A stretch of DNA of 64,000 bases from Candidatus Kapaibacterium sp. GTDB lineage: Bacteria; Bacteroidota; Ignavibacteria; Kapaibacteriales; UBA2268. Below the pieces are notes generated by a model. It made no database searches, was not told the origin of the DNA, and worked only from the letters and a program-made list of their open reading frames with translations. A program made the position numbers and the translations under genes. Location: contig CALBDO010000001.1 in assembly GCA_937927515.1 (NCBI GenBank), forward strand, positions 21,773-85,772, written 5' to 3'. Below, piece after piece: positions 17,480 to 28,279 of the stretch. Numbering within the stretch: position 1 is the stretch's first letter; each line of letters opens with the position of its first letter.

Positions 17480-19510
17480 ATGAAATCTTTATTCTTAATA
17501 ATCTTTATTCTTCTTAGTTCTATCAGCACAAGCGTTTGTGAAAAATATAGAATCTTTCTAAAAGACAAAGGTTCTACTCAATTCTTCAAAGGAAGTGAAC
17601 TTTACTCCAAAGCTGTTAATTCATTGTCTGAGAGAGCAATCCAGAGAAGATTGAAAATATTTCCACCAGACTCGTTTGTCTCTATCGAGGATTCTCCAAT
17701 TAGTGATATTTACCTAAACAAAATTCAGCAAATTGGTGTAAAAATTTTATTGAAATTAAAATGGTTAAACTATGTTGTTATCGAAGCAAATAAGAAACAA
17801 ATTTCAGAAATTCAAAAGTATGATTTTGTCAAGCTTGTTCAGCCGATTGGAGAAAAAATCCCGCAAGAAATTACACACAAAATTACCTCAAACCAATTCC
17901 CACCGAATATATCTAAATTTCTTTTCCTTAATCAATTGAATATAGACAAATATGGTGAAAGCCTAAATCAACTGAAAATGCTAAATATTGATAAGTTACA
18001 ATCTCTTGGTATTTTGGGCGACAGTATAATTCTTGGGATAATTGATACTGGATTTCGCTGGAAAGAAAACAAAATTTTTCAACACACAAATGTATTGGCT
18101 GAGTATGATTTCATCTTTAATGACAAAGTCACCGAAAACGAATCGATTGATACATCAATACAAGACAACCATGGAACAATGGTCTTTTCAATAATTTCGG
18201 GCATCAAGGACAGATATCTACTTGGAAGTGCACCATTTGCTAATTTCGTTTTAGCAAAGACCGAGGATATCCGTGTCGAAAGTCATTTCGAAGAGGACTG
18301 CTTTGCAGCTTCAATTGAATGGATGGATTCGCTCGGTGTCGACATTATCACATCTTCCCTTGGTTATTCCAAATTTGACTCCGCAGAGGCCAGTTACCAC
18401 TTTGAAGAATTTAATGGAAAAACCACTCTGGTATCAGCTTATGCAAATAGGGCAAAGAATGTTGGGATTGTTATGATTTCTTCTGCTGGTAACAAAGGAC
18501 CACGCGATTCATCAATACAAGCTCCTGCCGAGGCTCTTGGTGAAATTGCTATTGGTGCTGTTAATCCAAGCGCAGATTCTATACTTAACTTTTCCTCACG
18601 CGGTCCAACTTACGATGGTCGTATTAAACCAGACTTTGTTGCTCAGGGTAATTTTGTAATTTGTTCACCAGCTTTTCCATTCGACACAGTTATCTATGGA
18701 AGCGGTACATCCGTTGCAGCTCCTATTTTCGCAGGGGGTGTTGCATCGCTACTTTCAACTTTTGAAGAATTGACCCCAGAAACCTTGTACGACCTATTAA
18801 AAAATAATGCTTCAAGAAAAGACAATCCTGACAATTCTTGGGGCTTTGGAATAGTTGACTTTTACAAATTAGCTCTGGATTATGATATAGTAATCTCTCC
18901 ACCGATAACCTTCTATACAAGCGACAGACAAAGAATTGTTTTCAAGATTAATTCCAAAAATCAAATCAATTATGCTAAAATTTTCTACAAACCCAGTTTA
19001 AATACAGAATTTTCGTTTTCATACTTAAAGAACAATCCTGGCACAGATGAATACTTTTTCGATTTATATCTAAATTCGGGTGATAATTTGTATGATATTT
19101 ATGTTTTAGTTGAAACTATGGATGGCAGGACAAGAAGAAAACCCTACTTTGAAGATAAATATTTTAAAATCAAAATACAAGAAAATTCCAAAAACTTCTT
19201 TGTCTTGGAAAATTCTATCTTGAAGATAGAAGACTTTTCAACATCTGAGAAAATCAAAATTTACCCAACTATTTTAACAAATAGTAATGAATTAATCATC
19301 AATTTCGGAGATTCACAAGCAGACCTGGCAAAGGTCGAAGTCATCAACATCCTTGGAGAGGTTATGTTAATTATCAAATCATCGAAAAGCCATTCGTTCC
19401 TCGGTTTCGAAAAGATAAATCTGGACATGTTAAATAATGGAATTTATTTTTTAAGGATTACTACTACAGAGGGAATAACAGAATTTTTAACGTTCTTTAA
19501 AGCCATCTAA
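17480..19510 (+). CDS. S8 subtilisin-family serine peptidase with a T9SS C-terminal sorting domain.
   Basis: The catalytic triad regions are GIIDTGF (Asp), HGTMVFSII (His) and GTSVAAPIFAGG (Ser). Signal peptide present. The C-terminal ~90 aa (KIYPTILTNSNELIINF...GIYFLRITTTEGITEFLTFFKAI) is a Por/T9SS CTD. Confidence 0.85.
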   Translation: MKSLFLIIFILLSSISTSVCEKYRIFLKDKGSTQFFKGSELYSKAVNSLSERAIQRRLKIFPPDSFVSIEDSPISDIYLNKIQQIGVKILLKLKWLNYVVIEANKKQISEIQKYDFVKLVQPIGEKIPQEITHKITSNQFPPNISKFLFLNQLNIDKYGESLNQLKMLNIDKLQSLGILGDSIILGIIDTGFRWKENKIFQHTNVLAEYDFIFNDKVTENESIDTSIQDNHGTMVFSIISGIKDRYLLGSAPFANFVLAKTEDIRVESHFEEDCFAASIEWMDSLGVDIITSSLGYSKFDSAEASYHFEEFNGKTTLVSAYANRAKNVGIVMISSAGNKGPRDSSIQAPAEALGEIAIGAVNPSADSILNFSSRGPTYDGRIKPDFVAQGNFVICSPAFPFDTVIYGSGTSVAAPIFAGGVASLLSTFEELTPETLYDLLKNNASRKDNPDNSWGFGIVDFYKLALDYDIVISPPITFYTSDRQRIVFKINSKNQINYAKIFYKPSLNTEFSFSYLKNNPGTDEYFFDLYLNSGDNLYDIYVLVETMDGRTRRKPYFEDKYFKIKIQENSKNFFVLENSILKIEDFSTSEKIKIYPTILTNSNELIINFGDSQADLAKVEVINILGEVMLIIKSSKSHSFLGFEKINLDMLNNGIYFLRITTTEGITEFLTFFKAI

Positions 19511-20296
19511 ATTGTGTATTTTTACCTCCATTTGTGGAAATGGTATCTGCACCCCGGAGTTGATAAGTTTATTCCTAATCACATCTTGTAAATAGTTTTT
19601 CATATCATACCATTTCTCAGTTGGTACCCAAAATCTAATATGGACATTTACGCTACTACTTGCAAATTCCTCTACAAAAACTTCAGGTTTTGGCACAGCC
19701 AAAACAAATTGTTCTAAGTCTAAAAATTTCAAAACAACTTCTTTCGCTTTTTCAAAATCATCTGAATAACGTATGCCTATTATATAATCAACTCTTCTTG
19801 CAATATTCTCTGTTAGGTTAGTTATTGCAGAAGTAAAAACCAGCTCATTGGGTATTCTTACAAATTCACCTTGAAAAGTTCGCATTATCGTTGATAGAAA
19901 TCTTATTTCCTCAACAATCCCAGAAAAATTATTGATTAGGACAGATTGTCCCATTTTAATTGGTCTTTCAAATATAAGAAACAATCCAGCAATAAAATTT
20001 CCTACGACTTTTTGAGCTGCAAAACCTATTATTATAGAAACTAAGCCTCCAAGTGCTAAAATACCAGTCAATTTGACACCAAAGTAGGTCAGAGCCAAAA
20101 TGGTATACAATACGATAAAACCCCAAAGAACAAATCTATTAAACACCAACAATGTTTGAAAAGAAATTTTGTCGCTTAATACGATTTTGAGCTTTTTTAG
20201 AACTAAGTTTATTAGAACAAGTAAAATCAAGAATATTACGATAACTACTGTTAACTCAATAATCTTTTCGGGAGTAAGGATATTAGCGATTTTCAT
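19487..20296 (-). CDS. Small MscS-family mechanosensitive channel.
   Basis: Three N-terminal transmembrane helices, the pore-helix signature LALGGLVSIIIGFAAQKVVGNFIAGLFLIFERPIKMGQ, then a beta-domain. Length is 269 aa. Confidence 0.75.
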   Translation of the reverse strand: MKIANILTPEKIIELTVVIVIFLILLVLINLVLKKLKIVLSDKISFQTLLVFNRFVLWGFIVLYTILALTYFGVKLTGILALGGLVSIIIGFAAQKVVGNFIAGLFLIFERPIKMGQSVLINNFSGIVEEIRFLSTIMRTFQGEFVRIPNELVFTSAITNLTENIARRVDYIIGIRYSDDFEKAKEVVLKFLDLEQFVLAVPKPEVFVEEFASSSVNVHIRFWVPTEKWYDMKNYLQDVIRNKLINSGVQIPFPQMEVKIHNLDGFKER

Positions 20297-21015
20297 ATAC
20301 CATATAACATAATAAATTTGGAGCTAGATAATATTTTAGTTGGTATTAAATCATAGCTTTTTGTAAAATTGTGAACATCAGTTGGTACGAGGAATTGAGT
20401 TTCGCAAAGCGATTCTGATTGAATTCGCGCTCTCGCTTTTGCTTTAACTACAGTCCAGTTGTAAAATAATTCTATATAAGCAAAATCCATAACCAATCTA
20501 GTTAAAGTAATTGTAGAAGAAGAGCTATTTTGAATCTCAATTTCTAATACACCTGTTTCAAAAATCCTCGGTTCAATAGGTACTGGATAGAAGCTGGTTT
20601 TCCAATATCGACACAACACCCCGTTGTGTGAATTTCCGTATAAAGCAAATTTGTACGGTAGTAGTTGAAATAAATCAATGGGCGTAATCTTGTTATTAAC
20701 TATTACAAGAATTGCTACTGAAACAGGGAAGTCGAAGAAACCGCGGATTTCAGAATCGGGAGGTAAAACTAAAGGTTCGGAGAGTTCAAGCATCAAATGT
20801 GTTTTAGGTAAATCAGAAACTAAAGGCTCCGAGGGCTGAACAATGATTTTATCGATGTTATTCAAGCTAATAAGTAAGTTTTTTTTCTGACTATGAAATG
20901 TCTCGCGAAAATATCGAAATACTTGCGAATCTAAAGTAAAGGTAAATTTGAACTTGTCAAATATATAATCATTTTTGAAGGGATATTCACCATAGTGATT
21001 GGAAATTACAGACAT
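20293..21015 (-). CDS. Hypothetical 240-aa soluble protein with no recognisable motif, translationally coupled to the MscS gene.
   Basis: An uninterrupted ORF with coding-like composition. Its stop overlaps the MscS start by 4 nt and its start lies 5 nt after the upstream acidic-protein gene. It has no transmembrane segment or signal peptide. Confidence 0.5.
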   Translation of the reverse strand: MSVISNHYGEYPFKNDYIFDKFKFTFTLDSQVFRYFRETFHSQKKNLLISLNNIDKIIVQPSEPLVSDLPKTHLMLELSEPLVLPPDSEIRGFFDFPVSVAILVIVNNKITPIDLFQLLPYKFALYGNSHNGVLCRYWKTSFYPVPIEPRIFETGVLEIEIQNSSSSTITLTRLVMDFAYIELFYNWTVVKAKARARIQSESLCETQFLVPTDVHNFTKSYDLIPTKILSSSKFIMLYGI

Positions 21016-21019
21016 TTTC

Positions 21020-21391
21020 TTAACGGTCTAAATCAAAATCATCATCAAAGTCCTCACCAATATCCTCATCATCCACAAACTGGTCGTCGATTTCGGGAAT
21101 GAAATCATCTGAAAGAAATTCTGGTTCTTCTTCAGAGTCGATATCTTCCCTTTCTTTTTTAAAGAATTCTTCTTCGTCAATCTCCTCAAAGTTTTCCAAG
21201 TCCTCATCATCTAAGGCAGGCTCTTCCGAAAAACTGTCCTCATCAAACTCGAAACTAACATCATTAAAATCATCATCACTATGACTTGCATAGAATGGAA
21301 AAATTCTATTATTTTCTTCTTCAAATTTATACATGGCTACATCAAGTATTGTAAAACAAAACAATGTCAAAATTATATAAAAAGTTCTCAT
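21020..21391 (-). CDS. Extremely acidic secreted protein (signal peptide followed by an ~100-aa Asp/Glu-rich tail).
   Basis: MRTFYIILTLFCFTILDVAMY looks like a signal or membrane anchor. The rest is about 45-50% D/E (EFDEDSFSEEPALDDEDLENFEEIDEEEFF...DDEDIGEDFDDDFDLDR). The antisense Ser-rich ORF is an artefact of GAA/GAT codon runs. Confidence 0.5.
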   Translation of the reverse strand: MRTFYIILTLFCFTILDVAMYKFEEENNRIFPFYASHSDDDFNDVSFEFDEDSFSEEPALDDEDLENFEEIDEEEFFKKEREDIDSEEEPEFLSDDFIPEIDDQFVDDEDIGEDFDDDFDLDR

Positions 21392-21475
21392 TTACAAAAC
21401 AAAAATACATACTCGATAACTTTTATACCAATATGTGTAAAATTCTCAGAATCATCTACATATGAAAAAATTAGT

Positions 21476-21499
21476 TAGAGGCAACAAAGGTTGCCTCTA
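21476..21499 (-). terminator. Rho-independent terminator downstream of the cytochrome c peroxidase gene.
   Basis: The perfect hairpin AGAGGCAAC-AAA-GGTTGCCTCT is followed, on the minus strand, by AACTAATTTTTTC. Confidence 0.5.
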
Positions 21500-21527
21500 A
21501 AATTCAACAAAGAAAAAAGAGATAATA

Positions 21528-22568
21528 TCATCGAACTGCTAACTTCTTTGCAAGGTTCGGGTCAGTAAGTGCCTTAAGAAAGGCAACAATCGCCTTGAGT
21601 TGTTCTTCACTTAACTGTTTTCCAAGATTAATCTCTGCCATAATCTTTACAGCCTCTTCAAGAGTTTTCGCAGTACCATCATGAAAATAAGGATGCGTAA
21701 GCTCGACATTGCGCAACATTGCAACTTTGAACATAAATTTGTCGGACTCTTGCTTAGTTACCTCGTATCTTCCCAAATCTTTAGTATTGTAGTAAGGTTT
21801 TACCAGCCCCATTTTTTGGTAAAGATTACCGCCGAAGAGAGGACCAGTGTGACAAGTGATACAGCCAACCTCAATAAAATGTTTTAATCCAAATTTTTCC
21901 TCATCCGTCAATGCAGATTTGTCTCCTGCAATCCATTTGTCATATCTTGATTTTGATACAAGAGTTCTTTCGAAGGCAGCAATAGCGTTCGCAATGTTAT
22001 CGAAAGTTATCGGCTTCTTTTCATTGGGATAGGCCTTGGCAAACAGGTCCCTGTATTCAGGTATAGAAGATATAACTTTTTCTACTTCTTTTTCATTTGG
22101 CATTGCCATTTCAACGGGATTAAGAATTGGTCCTTTGGCTTGCTCTTTTAGGTCTGCTGCTCTACCATCCCAAAATTGGACGAATTGAAAACCAGCATTG
22201 AATACTGTTGGAGTATTTCTTGTCCCCATCGTATTTGGCAAAGCTCCCGGTGAGGTTGGTTTATTGTCTACACCTGCCATCGAGTTAATATCATGGCAAG
22301 TGTTGCACGACATAGTGTTGTTGACGGAAAGCTTAGTTTCGAAATATAGTTTCTTACCAAGTTCAATTAGTTCTGGTGTATCGTTCTCGCTTCCAGGCAT
22401 TTTATTTGGTAATATTCCAAAGATACTACTAGCTTTGGTAAGCAATTCTTGTTCCTCTGCTTCCGAGAGCTTAATAGCTTCTCCCTCCTTTTTTCCACCG
22501 CAAGAAACTATTAAAAATATTAATGCTATAAAAGAAACAAAATTTTTAAACATATACTTCCTCCACAA
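21528..22568 (-). CDS. Di-haem cytochrome c peroxidase (CCP/MauG family).
   Basis: Two CxxCH haem-binding motifs (CNTCH and CITCH) with the family-typical spacing. Signal peptide with lipobox-like LIVSCGG. The C-terminal F/W and PYFHDG regions are conserved. Confidence 0.9.
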   Translation of the reverse strand: MWRKYMFKNFVSFIALIFLIVSCGGKKEGEAIKLSEAEEQELLTKASSIFGILPNKMPGSENDTPELIELGKKLYFETKLSVNNTMSCNTCHDINSMAGVDNKPTSPGALPNTMGTRNTPTVFNAGFQFVQFWDGRAADLKEQAKGPILNPVEMAMPNEKEVEKVISSIPEYRDLFAKAYPNEKKPITFDNIANAIAAFERTLVSKSRYDKWIAGDKSALTDEEKFGLKHFIEVGCITCHTGPLFGGNLYQKMGLVKPYYNTKDLGRYEVTKQESDKFMFKVAMLRNVELTHPYFHDGTAKTLEEAVKIMAEINLGKQLSEEQLKAIVAFLKALTDPNLAKKLAVR

Positions 22569-22650
22569 TGTTTAACTTAAATTTTAATTTAAAAAATTTA
22601 AGAAAATCAAAAATCATAAAACATTTTCTCTAAATTGTATCTAAAATAAA

Positions 22651-22677
22651 GAGCAAGGGTAAATACCCTTGCTCCTA
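22651..22677 (-). terminator. Rho-independent terminator downstream of ppdK.
   Basis: The stem GAGCAAGGGTA / TACCCTTGCTC is followed, on the minus strand, by TTTATTTT. Confidence 0.55.
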
Positions 22678-22712
22678 ATAAAGCAAACATTGTAAGAAAT
22701 TAAAGATATAAT

Positions 22713-25481
22713 TTATTTGGCCTTCTTACTTGCTTTTTCTTGTTCCCTTTCTAAAATTGCAGCCCTAGCTGCGGCGAGTCTTGCGATTGGAACACGAAAT
22801 GGTGAACAAGATACGTAATCAAGTCCAATTTGATGGCAAAATTCAACTGAAGCAGGTTCTCCACCATGCTCACCGCAGATACCAACCTTGAGTTTTTTCC
22901 GAGCTTTTCGCCCTTCTTTGACCGCATGCTTCATTAAGAAGCCAACACCATCTTGGTCTATTGTTTCAAACGGGTCTCGCTTGTAAATTTCTTTTTCGAC
23001 GTAATAAGGCAGAAATCTACCAGAGTCGTCTCTACTTAGCCCTAAAGTTGTTTGAGTTAAGTCGTTTGTTCCAAAGGAGAAAAATTCAGCAACTTCAGCA
23101 ATTTCTTTTGCAGTTATAGCTCCACGAGGTACTTCAATCATTGTCCCAACAAGATATTCAAAATTAATACCGGTTTCCCCCATTACTTCGTTTGCGACCT
23201 TTCGGACAATCTCTTCTTGATGCTTCAATTCTTTGTAATGGCCTACGAGTGGTATCATTATCTCTGGGAAAGCTTTATAACCTTTCTTTATTACACTGAC
23301 AGTGGCTTCGAAAATAGCTCGGGCTTGCATTTCAGTAATTTCTGGATATAAAATACCTAAACGGCAACCACGAAAACCAAGCATTGGGTTAAATTCTTTC
23401 AAAGATTCAACTCTTTCCTTCACCTTTTGTAAAGGTATGTTCAGCATATTCGCAATTTCTTTCTGTCCAGCTTCGTCATGTGGTAAAAACTCGTGTAAAG
23501 GTGGGTCGAGTGTTCGTATTGTCACTGGCTTACCATCCATAGCAATGAAAATACCTTCAAAGTCTTCCCTTTGAAGTGGCAAAAGTTTACTTAATGCTTT
23601 TTTCCTTTCTTCGGGAGAATCAGAGAGTATCATTTCTCTCATAGGACCAATTTTCCCTTCGCCAAAGAACATATGTTCGGTGCGACAGAGACCGATGCCT
23701 TCGGCACCAAAGGCAACAGCATTACGGGCTTGGTCGGGTTGGTCTGCATTAGTACGTACTTTCAACTTTCGATATTTATCTGCCCATTCCATTATTTGTT
23801 TGTAAATTTTATAGGTTGGTGCTTGGTCTTCGGAGAGAGTTTTTTCCAAAAGAACTTGGATAACTTCGCTTGGTCTTGTTTCAATTTTACCTTGGAAAAC
23901 CTCACCAGTTGAGCCATCCAAAGATATATAATCACCTTCTTTCAAAACGACATCCTTTCCTTCTACCTTAATGGTTCGAGACTTATAATCAATAATTAAA
24001 GCGCCACATCCTGCAACACAAACTTTGCCCATTTGTCTCGCAACCAAAGCAGCGTGGGATGTCATACCACCTCGAGAAGTTAATATACCCTCTGCTGCAT
24101 TCATTCCAGCAATGTCCTCGGGGGAGGTTTCTATGCGAACGAGAATAACTTTTTCACCTTGTTTAGCCCATTCTACAGCATCTTCAGCATTGAAAACAAT
24201 TTTACCAGTTGCAGCACCAGGCCCCGCATTCAGTCCTTTTGCTATCAACTGGTTATTCTTCAATGCTTTTTTCTTTTCTTCTGCGTCAAACACTGGTCTC
24301 AGCAATTGATTCAGCTGGTCTGGCTCGATACGCAAAAGAGCCTCTTTGGGTTTTATCAAACCCTCGTTTACCATATCAACAGCAATTTTCATTGCTGCAA
24401 GGGCAGTTCTTTTACCGGCACGACATTGTAGCATATAGAGTTTGCCCTTTTGAATGGTGAATTCTATATCCTGCATCTCACGATAATGTTTCTCTAAAAT
24501 ATCTCGTATCCTAAGTAATTCGTTATAGGATTTAGGGTCTCGTTCTTTTAATTGGTCGATTGGAAGAGGTGTTCTTATCCCAGCAACAACATCTTCACCT
24601 TGAGCATTCATCAAAAATTCACCATAAAATTTATTTTCCCCAGTAGCAGGGTCTCGAGTAAAAGCCACACCTGTACCACTATCCTCACTTAAGTTGCCAA
24701 ACACCATTGCTTGAACGTTAACTGCAGTACCCCACCAATCGGGGATATTGTTCAATTTTCTATAAACAACAGCCCTTGGATTGTTCCAGGACCCAAATAC
24801 GGCACCAATTGCTCCCCAAAGTTGCTCCTCGGGGTCTTCTGGAAAATCGACGCCAAGCCTCTCTTTGATTGCTTGTTTAAATTCTAAAACCAATTCCTTC
24901 AATGCATCAACATCCAATTCTACATCATAGTGGACACCTTTTTCTTTTTTCTTCCTCTCAAGAATTTCTTCGAAGGGGTCTATATCGTCTTTGCTTTGGG
25001 GTTTCAAACCTAATACTACATCGCCATACATAGAAACAAATCTACGATATGCATCATAAGCAAAACGAGGATTGCCCGATTGCTTTATCAAGCCTTGAAC
25101 AGTAACATCATTAAGACCTAAATTGAGAACTGTATCCATCATTCCAGGCATTGAACTTTTTGCTCCAGAACGAACAGAGACAAGCAAAGGATTTTCTGAG
25201 TCGCCAAATTTTGCACCCATTTCCTGCTCGACCTTACTAAGAGCCTCTTTAACTTGTTCATAAAGACCTTTTGGATATGTGTTGTTATGTTCATAATAGT
25301 ATCTACAAACTTCAGTTGTTATTGTAAAACCAGCAGGTACTGGTAACCCCAAATTTGTCATTTCTGCAAGGTTTGCTCCTTTTCCCCCTAGAAGGTCTTT
25401 CATTTTGGCGTTACCCTCGGCTTTGCCACCGCCGAAGTAATAAACATACTTGCGTACTTCTTTCTCTTTCTTTTTTCCCAT
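22713..25481 (-). CDS. ppdK: Pyruvate, phosphate dikinase.
   Basis: 922 aa. The N-terminal ATP-grasp region carries [10 protein letters not shown]. The phospho-histidine domain carries [15 protein letters not shown]. The C-terminal PEP/pyruvate-binding TIM barrel carries ...GTNDLTQ.... Confidence 0.95.
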   Translation of the reverse strand: MGKKKEKEVRKYVYYFGGGKAEGNAKMKDLLGGKGANLAEMTNLGLPVPAGFTITTEVCRYYYEHNNTYPKGLYEQVKEALSKVEQEMGAKFGDSENPLLVSVRSGAKSSMPGMMDTVLNLGLNDVTVQGLIKQSGNPRFAYDAYRRFVSMYGDVVLGLKPQSKDDIDPFEEILERKKKEKGVHYDVELDVDALKELVLEFKQAIKERLGVDFPEDPEEQLWGAIGAVFGSWNNPRAVVYRKLNNIPDWWGTAVNVQAMVFGNLSEDSGTGVAFTRDPATGENKFYGEFLMNAQGEDVVAGIRTPLPIDQLKERDPKSYNELLRIRDILEKHYREMQDIEFTIQKGKLYMLQCRAGKRTALAAMKIAVDMVNEGLIKPKEALLRIEPDQLNQLLRPVFDAEEKKKALKNNQLIAKGLNAGPGAATGKIVFNAEDAVEWAKQGEKVILVRIETSPEDIAGMNAAEGILTSRGGMTSHAALVARQMGKVCVAGCGALIIDYKSRTIKVEGKDVVLKEGDYISLDGSTGEVFQGKIETRPSEVIQVLLEKTLSEDQAPTYKIYKQIMEWADKYRKLKVRTNADQPDQARNAVAFGAEGIGLCRTEHMFFGEGKIGPMREMILSDSPEERKKALSKLLPLQREDFEGIFIAMDGKPVTIRTLDPPLHEFLPHDEAGQKEIANMLNIPLQKVKERVESLKEFNPMLGFRGCRLGILYPEITEMQARAIFEATVSVIKKGYKAFPEIMIPLVGHYKELKHQEEIVRKVANEVMGETGINFEYLVGTMIEVPRGAITAKEIAEVAEFFSFGTNDLTQTTLGLSRDDSGRFLPYYVEKEIYKRDPFETIDQDGVGFLMKHAVKEGRKARKKLKVGICGEHGGEPASVEFCHQIGLDYVSCSPFRVPIARLAAARAAILEREQEKASKKAK

Positions 25482-25627
25482 ACTAAACCATTTTTGTGGA
25501 AAATAAAAATGTAAAATTACAAATAATTTGATTAATAACTTTTAACAATGAATCTACATACAATTGAATTGTTGCGATAAGATTTTAGAAAATCTTATTA
25601 ATTTTGATAGTTTACTAAGCGACCAAA

Positions 25628-28279
25628 ATGAAAGACTTTAACACACCACTAATAAAACAGTACATCCAAATCAAAAGTCATTACTCCGATTTTATTCTGC
25701 TCTTTAGAATAGGAGATTTCTACGAAACTTTTTTCGAAGATGCAGAAATAACATCGAAAGTTTGCAATATCATTTTAACAAAACGAAACAATGGTGCAGC
25801 GGGCGATGTACCTTTAGCAGGTTTTCCATACCATCAATTAGACAATTACTTACCTAAAATAGTTAATTCGGGGTACAAAGTAGCTATCTGCGAGCAAGTT
25901 GAAGACCCTAAAAAAGCCAAAGGTATCGTACGCCGTCAAGTTATTGAGGTTGTTACCCCGGGGATTGCTTTAAATGATAAATTACTCTCCGCACGCTCAA
26001 ACAATTTTGTTTGTGCCATCTATTCAAAAACATTATCAAATTTAAAAAACCAAATTGTTGGGATGGCTTTTGCAGACGTTTCAACTGGGGAATTTTTTGT
26101 CACCGAGTTACTCCTCGACAAGCTCCAAGACTTTTTTGAAACCAACCAAATCAAAGAAATCATACTTCCAAAAACCCAAAAATCTATTTTTGAAAGTTTG
26201 ATTCAGAAAACCAATTTTAAAGGTATTGTAAATAAACTTGAGCCCTGGATATTCGACAAAATATTCGCAAAGGAAGCTTTACTAAAACATTTTGGAACAA
26301 CAACACTTAAAGGTTTTGGTATAGAACATCTCGAACAAGGTATTACCTCTGCTGGAGCTTTGCTCTATCATATCAAAGAAACTCAACCAACATTTCTTAA
26401 GCAAATTAAGCGAATTCAATTTTTTAACACCTCCGAGTTTATGATTTTAGACCTATCAACCAAACGAAATTTAGAAATTTATTCTTCTATAAATAATGAC
26501 TACGAAGGTAGTTTATTCTCTGTAATTGATAAAACATTGACCCCAATGGGAGCAAGATGTCTAAAAAGATGGGTTAGCCACCCATTAAATAATCTTGAAA
26601 AAATTCAACAGAGATTAGAAATCGTTGATATCTTCTATAATAATGACGAGTCGAGAAATAAAATAAGAAACTATTTAAAAGAAGTTTCGGATATTGAAAG
26701 ACTTGTGTCAAAAATTTGTAGCTACCGTGCCACCCCACGCGATGTTTTAGGGTTAAAAAAATCATTAGATGTTATTCCTTTTATAAAAGAGGAACTTATC
26801 TCCAGTAGCGTCGATTCGGTAAGCAAATTAAGAAGAGAGCTTTCAACATTCGATAATATACGAGACCTGATTCAAAAATCAATACGAGAAGACGCAAGTA
26901 ATACTTTTGGTAATGGAGAGGTCATTAAAAAGGGATTTAACAAAGAATTCGACAATTTAATCGACTTGGCTACGAATAGCAAACAATTGTTAAAGGAATA
27001 TCAAGATGAAGAAAGAATTAGAACAAATATACCCACTCTTAAAGTTGGTTTCAATAACGTTTTCGGATATTACATCGAGGTCACTAAAACACACTCTAAT
27101 AAAATTCCACCCTATTTCGAACGAAAACAGACATTGACGACCGCCGAAAGATACACAACACCTAAGCTAAAAGAAATAGAGGAAAAACTTCTTAACCTCG
27201 AGTTCAAAATACAAGAGTTGGAATCAAAGTTGTTCCAAGATATATTAACAGAAATTTCTAATTATGTAGTCGATTTGCAAAAAGTAGCACAAACAATTGC
27301 TGAAATTGATTGTTATACAAATTTAGCATTCGTTGCGAGAGATAATAATTATTGCAAACCTATAATAACGAGTGATTACGAACTCGAGATTAGAAATGGT
27401 AGGCATCCAGTTGTGGAAAAAAATCTCCCACTTGGTGAGAGATTCACACCAAACTCAACTGTGATGGATAAATCCTCGATGATACACATCATTACAGGTC
27501 CAAATATGAGTGGAAAATCCTGCTATCTTCGACAAGTAGGTTTAATAGTGCTTCTAGCACAGATTGGCTCGTTCGTTCCTGCTGATTATGCAAAGATAGG
27601 TATCGTTGATAGGATTTTTACCAGGGTTGGGGCTCAGGATAATATTTCACAAGGAGAAAGTACATTTCTCGTTGAAATGCAAGAAAGTGCCAATATTTTA
27701 AACAATGCCACACAAAGAAGTTTAATCTTGCTGGACGAAGTTGGTAGAGGTACAGCTACTTTCGATGGCATTTCAATTGCCTGGGCAATTGTGGAATACA
27801 TCCACAACCATTTAATGGCAAAAACTCTCTTCGCAACCCACTATCACGAATTAAATGAGTTAGAAAATAAATATGATAACATAGTTAATTATTGCGTCGA
27901 GGTTTTGGAAAAAGAAGACAAGGTAATTTTCACACACAAGTTGAAACGCGGCCATAGCGACCACTCATTTGGAATCTACGTCGCCCAAATGGCAGGGATA
28001 CCAGATGAAATTACAAACCGAGCTCGAGAGATATTAAAAATTCTTGAATCCGGCACAACTGGACAAAGCGAAATCATTAAAACGCAAAAACCATATTCAA
28101 AAAAAATCAAAGCAATTGAAAAGGAACCAAAAGCTAAGCAATTAGCTATCTTCAACTTTTTTAATTCAGATTTGGAAGACAAAATTTTAAGTCTTGATTT
28201 ACATAATATTACCCCTTTGCAAGCTTTGACATTCCTAATAGAATTGCAAAACGAATTGAAAAATAAAGAGTTATCATGA
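25628..28279 (+). CDS. mutS: DNA mismatch repair protein MutS.
   Basis: 883 aa. The N-terminal mismatch-binding region (TPLIKQYIQIKSHYSDFILLFRIGDFYETFFEDA) and Walker A GPNMSGKS are present, as is ...STFLVEMQE... (the MutS signature) and the Walker B region DE.GRGT. Confidence 0.95.
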   Translation: MKDFNTPLIKQYIQIKSHYSDFILLFRIGDFYETFFEDAEITSKVCNIILTKRNNGAAGDVPLAGFPYHQLDNYLPKIVNSGYKVAICEQVEDPKKAKGIVRRQVIEVVTPGIALNDKLLSARSNNFVCAIYSKTLSNLKNQIVGMAFADVSTGEFFVTELLLDKLQDFFETNQIKEIILPKTQKSIFESLIQKTNFKGIVNKLEPWIFDKIFAKEALLKHFGTTTLKGFGIEHLEQGITSAGALLYHIKETQPTFLKQIKRIQFFNTSEFMILDLSTKRNLEIYSSINNDYEGSLFSVIDKTLTPMGARCLKRWVSHPLNNLEKIQQRLEIVDIFYNNDESRNKIRNYLKEVSDIERLVSKICSYRATPRDVLGLKKSLDVIPFIKEELISSSVDSVSKLRRELSTFDNIRDLIQKSIREDASNTFGNGEVIKKGFNKEFDNLIDLATNSKQLLKEYQDEERIRTNIPTLKVGFNNVFGYYIEVTKTHSNKIPPYFERKQTLTTAERYTTPKLKEIEEKLLNLEFKIQELESKLFQDILTEISNYVVDLQKVAQTIAEIDCYTNLAFVARDNNYCKPIITSDYELEIRNGRHPVVEKNLPLGERFTPNSTVMDKSSMIHIITGPNMSGKSCYLRQVGLIVLLAQIGSFVPADYAKIGIVDRIFTRVGAQDNISQGESTFLVEMQESANILNNATQRSLILLDEVGRGTATFDGISIAWAIVEYIHNHLMAKTLFATHYHELNELENKYDNIVNYCVEVLEKEDKVIFTHKLKRGHSDHSFGIYVAQMAGIPDEITNRAREILKILESGTTGQSEIIKTQKPYSKKIKAIEKEPKAKQLAIFNFFNSDLEDKILSLDLHNITPLQALTFLIELQNELKNKELS

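Noticed and set aside
21099-21284. Serine-rich 61-aa plus-strand ORF and the 21028..21210 minus-strand ORF
   Set aside because: Both are frame artefacts of the GAA/GAT-rich acidic-protein gene. The reverse complement of Asp/Glu codon runs gives Ser/Ile/Phe runs.
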